A stretch of 64,000 nucleotides of DNA from Alloascoidea hylecoeti (lineage: Eukaryota): the NCBI GenBank assembly GCA_001600815.1, contig BCKZ01000001.1:912613-976612 (forward strand). The letters are read 5' to 3'. A program made the position numbers and the translations under genes. Of this stretch, positions 58,783 to 64,000 are shown piece after piece; positions within the stretch are counted from its first letter, which is position 1, and each line of letters starts with the position of its first letter. A model generated the notes under the pieces. That model made no database searches and was not told the origin of the DNA. It saw only the letters and a list, made by a program, of their open reading frames with translations.

Positions 58783-61267
58783 ATGGATTATTATCCCACG
58801 TTTTCTCATCAGAAGAATGCATCGTTACCATCTCTTACGGTATTAACTCATCCGAAGACAAGTCCAAACACAATCCATCATCATCATCATGATGCCAATA
58901 ACAAAAATGTTTCGAATATGACAAACACTCCTCGTCGTTTACAATCACGATCAGGTTCATATGATAAGTCCACCAAGATAAGAACTAGATCAGGTTCAAT
59001 GTCATCTCCAGAGTCCCCAGAATATATCGAAATTGGTCCCTTTCCTTCTCCACTTGTTTCAACACCACCTAACAATTTTTCTGGATTCGTAAAGACGATG
59101 GATCAAATGCATCATCACCAGCATCTTCATAAGTTGCGGTATTTGCAAAATGTCTCTGTTAATACTGGTGGAATCGGTATCAGTCCTGATAGAAGATCAT
59201 CTCTTGGTTCTGAAATTTCATCAAATACAGCACATTGTGAATTAATCATTTCAAAGCTTAGATCATCTTCAGTATCATCATCTGTATCAACAGCAACTCC
59301 GTATTCTTCAACTCCAACACCGGAAGCATCAATAGACAATTATAATAATGGTTCTATTTTAAATTCAAATCTGTCAGCAAATCCAAATTCAAACGAATCA
59401 ATAAATAGCTCAAGAATAGTTAGTGATTATGTTCCAGCATCGATTTCATCATCACCGACACGCAATAGGGATGTTTATTTGTCATCGTCGGTGGCTGCTG
59501 AGCCCGCAGAGGTTGCATCAGCGAATTTTAAATCAATTAATAATAATATCACCACCTCCAAAATTACTTCTCCGTCATCCGAAATTCCCATGTTAAAAAA
59601 TGATCCTAAAAATAAAATTAATATTAATAATTTAATAATACATGATAAATCAAAAACAATAAAAAAGAACAATAAAATTTCTTCAAATGTTGATGATCAA
59701 CTTCCATTAACAAGACCACGAATAGTTTCAACACCAATAATTAAATCAAAATCATCAGATAAAAATCAAATTCAACCAAAACCGAAAACTGAAGATAATA
59801 TAATTCCGAAATCAACAACGACAACTCCATCACCAAAACCAATTGTTTATGAAGCAATGGATTTAAATATGAAAAAATCTTATTGGAGAATATTAAAATT
59901 GTTAGGTCGTGGTACTTTTAGTTCGGTAATGTTGGCAAAACGAGAATTTTCTTTAAATTTACCTTCAATCGATACTGTCCAAGAAGAAGAAGATAATGAT
60001 GAAAATGAAAATGATAATGATGATGAGTATGATTATGATAATGATAATGATAGTATAACAAGTACTAGTACCAGTGCAAGTCCAAGTTATACAACCTCAA
60101 ATAAAAATCATAAAATTTCAACTAAAAATGATAAAGATAATTTAAATCCTGAATTAACACCACCATCTGAAGCAACAAGTCCAACTACCCCAACAAGTTC
60201 AATACCAACAACAACAGACCAAAATTTAAACATTATTGTTTCAAATTCAATTGAAAATTCAAATGACAATTCTCAATTAGCAGCAATTAAAGTTATTAAT
60301 TTTTCTGCTGGTGGAGGAGCAACACAACAACAAATTTCAATTGCAATAAATCGAGAAATTTCAGTTTTAAAATCTTTAAATCATCCATCAATATCAAAAT
60401 TAATTGGTTTAAATAATAATAATCATAATATTTTTGATAGTGATAATAAATTAGAAAATAAATCAACAATTTTAATTTTTAATTATTGTATTGGTGGTGA
60501 TTTATTTAATTTAAGTAAAAATTGGAGAACTCGATTAACTTGTGGATTAATCAAAAGAATTTTTTCAGAATTATGTGATGCTGTTTGTTATTTACATGAG
60601 AATAATATTGTTCATAGAGATATTAAATTAGAAAGTGAGTTATTTTCAAAATCATCAACTTAACAATTTTTGAATTAATTTTGACTAACCTTTTTTTATT
60701 GTTATTTAATTAGATGTTTTAATTAATGTCGAAGTATCAACATTAATAAATTTATTGAACCCTCAAACTTTTTCAAAACCATTAATAACGTTATCTGATT
60801 TTGGATTATCAAGACATATCGAATCTTCAAAACAATTATTAACAACAAGATGTGGATCACCAGATTATGTCCCACCAGAATTATTATTAGGTCAACCATA
60901 TGATGGTAAACAATTTGATATTTGGTCATTAGGAGTTTTATTATATGCAGTTATGGAAGGTAGATTACCTTTCGATCCACCACCTGGATCTATTGATTTA
61001 AAAAGAGGTGGTAGAAATCGTGTTGCCCATAGAATCGCAAAATGTGAATGGGGTTGGATTAGTTTTGCAGATGAAGAAGAAGACGATGATGATGGTGAAA
61101 TAAAAGACAAAAATGATAAAAACAAGAAAAGAAATTGGAATTATGATTTATGGGACGGTGGAAAACGAGTAGTTGAAGGATGTTTAAGACGAAGAGATAA
61201 AAGATTGACGATTAAGGAAATTAAGGAGATGAAATGGGTTAAAGATGGGTTGCAGGTTCGACTTTGA
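58783..61267 (+). CDS. PRR1: Ser/Thr protein kinase, Prr1-like. Exons 58783-60634 and 60714-61267
   Basis: GRGTFSSV, AAIK, HRDIKLE|NVL across intron 60635-60713 (GTGAGT...GACTAAC...TAG), DFGLS, TRCGSPDYVPPE, RLPFDPPP, HRIAKCEWGW. Confidence 0.8.
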
Positions 61268-61342
61268 ATTTTTTAAATATTGTTTATAATTAAATTTTGT
61301 ACTATCTTTTTTATTAAATATATATTATATGATATATATACT

Positions 61343-61460
61343 TTATTGTTATTGTCATTGTTATTGTTACTATTATTACCATTATTATTATTACTATTAT
61401 TATTGTTATTATTGTTATTGTTATTTTATTATTTTTATTATTGTTGTTGTTTATTATTTA
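61343..61460. repeat. (TTA/TTG)n low-complexity microsatellite
   Basis: ttattgttattgtcattgttattgttactattattaccattattattattac... Confidence 0.85.
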
Positions 61461-61690
61461 TATTTATTGTATATTAAAAGAGATCGCCTGACCGACTAAT
61501 ATATATAATATTCAATTTTTATAGTTATAAACCACCAATAGTAGGATTATCCAGAGATTTATAAACAAAGTGGAAGAAAAAGAAGAAGAGATAAATCTCG
61601 ATATTTATATAAATGTTGTTCTTGTGCACGTGCTCAGGCCCATACTAATAAACTTCCCATCCAATATGAATCTAATAAGGAATCAAAATT

Positions 61691-63118
61691 ATGCTATTAT
61701 CCCAGAAATTCTATACTCACCATATCTTAAAATTCAGTTCATATAAAATTATCTCTCGTACTTATAATTATAAACTCACAAAAAGAAGTTTTAGAAGTTC
61801 TTCTATATTTTATAACAATTATCAAAGATGGTGGGCTTATTTAAAAAATGATATTAATACCACTATAGATAACACTAATTATAAGTTCCAACAACAAGTG
61901 CCACGAGAAGATGAGCTTGAGGATGATGGATGGGAACATATTAACAAGAAAAGTTTAATTTGTGAATATTTGGAAAAGAAACCATTTCAATTATCTACTC
62001 TAAAACAACGAGTTGATCAATTACTTTCAAAATATTCAAAATCTCATCATGATCATGATTCAATCATAAATATAAATATAAATGAAGAAGAAGAAGAAAT
62101 ATTCATAAATGATATTATAAAATCATTTAAGCTTTTACAAAAACAATTACAAACGAGGAATTTCAATCATGATGATTCACAAATACAATTACAATTACAA
62201 TTGAAATCAAATAAAATTGATGACTATTTAATATTTAATTTATTTAATGATAAAAGAGTTAATTTCACATTCAAAAATTTAAGATATTATTTATTAACCT
62301 CTAAATCTAATTCATCATCAATATTAAATTCTAATTATATCATTGAATCAATAAAATGTTTAATCATTCGTCAACAAAATATTGAAAAACAATTTAATTC
62401 AAATAAAGATACAATTTTTTTAGCACTTCGATTAATTTTAAAACAAAATGATTTTGAATTATCATTTGAATTAATGAATTTAACATTTGGTAATTCAAAA
62501 TATTTCAAATATATTGAAGAAAATACCAACAAAATTAAAATCATATTACCAAATCAAAAATGGATTTATCCAGTAGTACCATCAATTTCATTATTTTTAA
62601 TCATATTTGATTCAAATTTTCAAATTCATTTAACTATATTAAGCTATTTGATTTTAAATTCATTATTTTATTTCAATTATATTTATTTAAACATTTTATC
62701 AATTAATAATTATTTAATTCATTGGAGACCTGGTTTATCATCATTTGAAAAATTTAAAAAAATAAATGAATTAAAAATGTTTAGGAAAATACTAATTGAA
62801 TTTGATGAGAATTTAAATCTATCGGTTGCAAATTATCATTTAAAATTTAAAGAAATTGATATTGATAATAATTATAATCCATTTGCATTATCATTACCAT
62901 CATCATCACCATTAACTAATTACAATGAATATGAACAATTACAAGTGGAAAAAATGGAAAAAATTAGAAAATTAATTGACCAAGAATTAGTTAAAAGGAA
63001 GATGAGATTATCACCAACAGATGAAGAATTGATGTTTCAAGAATATTGGTCTTCATATGGAGAAGGTTTTGAATGGGTTGAACCTGATAAGGATCCTACC
63101 GAATATGTCAACACGTGA
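61691..63118 (+). CDS. Uncharacterised protein, probably mitochondrial membrane
   Basis: 475-aa ORF; basic/hydroxylated N-terminus without acidic residues, hydrophobic stretch near aa 290-335, distinctive C-terminal EYWSSYGEGFEWVEPD. Confidence 0.7.
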   Translation: MLLSQKFYTHHILKFSSYKIISRTYNYKLTKRSFRSSSIFYNNYQRWWAYLKNDINTTIDNTNYKFQQQVPREDELEDDGWEHINKKSLICEYLEKKPFQLSTLKQRVDQLLSKYSKSHHDHDSIINININEEEEEIFINDIIKSFKLLQKQLQTRNFNHDDSQIQLQLQLKSNKIDDYLIFNLFNDKRVNFTFKNLRYYLLTSKSNSSSILNSNYIIESIKCLIIRQQNIEKQFNSNKDTIFLALRLILKQNDFELSFELMNLTFGNSKYFKYIEENTNKIKIILPNQKWIYPVVPSISLFLIIFDSNFQIHLTILSYLILNSLFYFNYIYLNILSINNYLIHWRPGLSSFEKFKKINELKMFRKILIEFDENLNLSVANYHLKFKEIDIDNNYNPFALSLPSSSPLTNYNEYEQLQVEKMEKIRKLIDQELVKRKMRLSPTDEELMFQEYWSSYGEGFEWVEPDKDPTEYVNT

Positions 63119-63199
63119 TGGATGAAGAAACCTTCATTTCTCATGATAATCTCATGATCACCGCTTTTACTTTTACTTTTACTTCTACTGCATTATAAC

Positions 63200-64000
63200 A
63201 TGACAATTGAACAATCTGAAACAGAAGTAATTGTTACTTTGGACTCAAATCCAGAAACAAGTCTTAAGATCATCAATCATGGTGCTACTGTTGTTTCTTG
63301 GAAGGTCAATGGCAAAGAGCAACTCTGGTTAAGTGAGTAAGTACCACGAATACGTGTTCACTTTTATCAATATAAACTAATATATAATTATACAGAAAAG
63401 CAGTTCTTGATGGAAGTAAAGCTGTCAGAGGTGGAATTCCTTTGGTGTTTCCTGTAAGTGTTTCTACTTGTTTTTGTACTATATGGTCAAAAGTACTAAT
63501 AATATCAGGTTTTTGGTAAAGCATCAGAAGGTCCATGCTCATCTCTTCCACAACATGGATTTGCACGTAATAGTAATTGGGAGTTCTTAGGTCAAACTTC
63601 AGAATCTCCAATTACAATTCAATTTGCATTAAGTCCTGATCAAATTTCTGAGGATTCTAAAACTCAATGGTCAAATAATGATTTTACTTTAATTTATTCT
63701 TTAACTCTTGATGAAAAATTAATTAAAACTGAAATCACGATTGAAAATAATAACAATGATAAAGATTTCGATTTTAAATGGTTATTTCATACCTATTTTA
63801 GAATTCCTGAAATTGAATCAATTTCCGTTAAAAATATTAAGGATGTTTTATTTTATGATCAATTGATTAAAGAAGATACAACTCAATCATTAGATGAATT
63901 GAAATTTTCAAAAGAGACTGATGCAATTTATAAGGATTTTAATTCAGATATTATTATTAATGATAATAAATCATCAAATGATTCACCTTTATTTACAATC
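63200..64000 (+). CDS. Glucose-6-phosphate 1-epimerase (YMR099C-like), 3'-truncated. Exons 63200-63336, 63396-63453, 63509->64000
   Basis: Not in the ORF track. Spliced translation [36 protein letters not shown]|VFGK...LPQHGFARN...WLFHTYF; introns GTAAGT..CAG x2. Confidence 0.93.

Noticed and set aside
61280..61477. Poly-Leu ORF
   Set aside because: Translation of a TTA/TTG microsatellite in the kinase 3' region.

Overview
Eukaryotic, AT-rich, intron-containing budding-yeast (Saccharomycotina-like) genomic DNA, most consistent with an early-diverging lineage: it retains velvet, EAF and Iec1-type genes that S. cerevisiae lacks, and CTG occupies conserved Leu positions (standard code). It holds about 24 protein-coding genes (a truncated velvet gene, MSW1, EAF, CCT7, MDV1/CAF4, Iec1-like, SPS19, NNR1, GUT1, GLN1, CBK1, TAL1, a one-SH3 Bem1-like gene, ARP9, RCH1-like, NOP1, a Ucc1-like F-box gene, DBP9, She1-like, fRMsr, CRT10, PRR1-like, an unknown mitochondrial-type ORF, a truncated glucose-6-P 1-epimerase), two tRNAs, two decayed Tc1/mariner remnants and a MITE-like palindrome family. 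The most striking item is an intact spliced ~1279-aa gene (34696-38590, minus). Its N-terminal half follows, motif by motif, the tyrosine-recombinase-like region of fungal telomere-linked helicase (TLH) proteins, but the catalytic motifs have decayed and the helicase is replaced by an acidic/coiled-coil tail. It looks like a domesticated mobile-element recombinase, and a ~2-kb pseudogene of unknown origin lies next to it. Also notable: 5 of 15 inferred introns end in non-YAG acceptors (4 AAG, 1 GAG), and TAGCTATA recurs in intergenic DNA. All family calls come from manual translation and remembered motifs; no database search was run.
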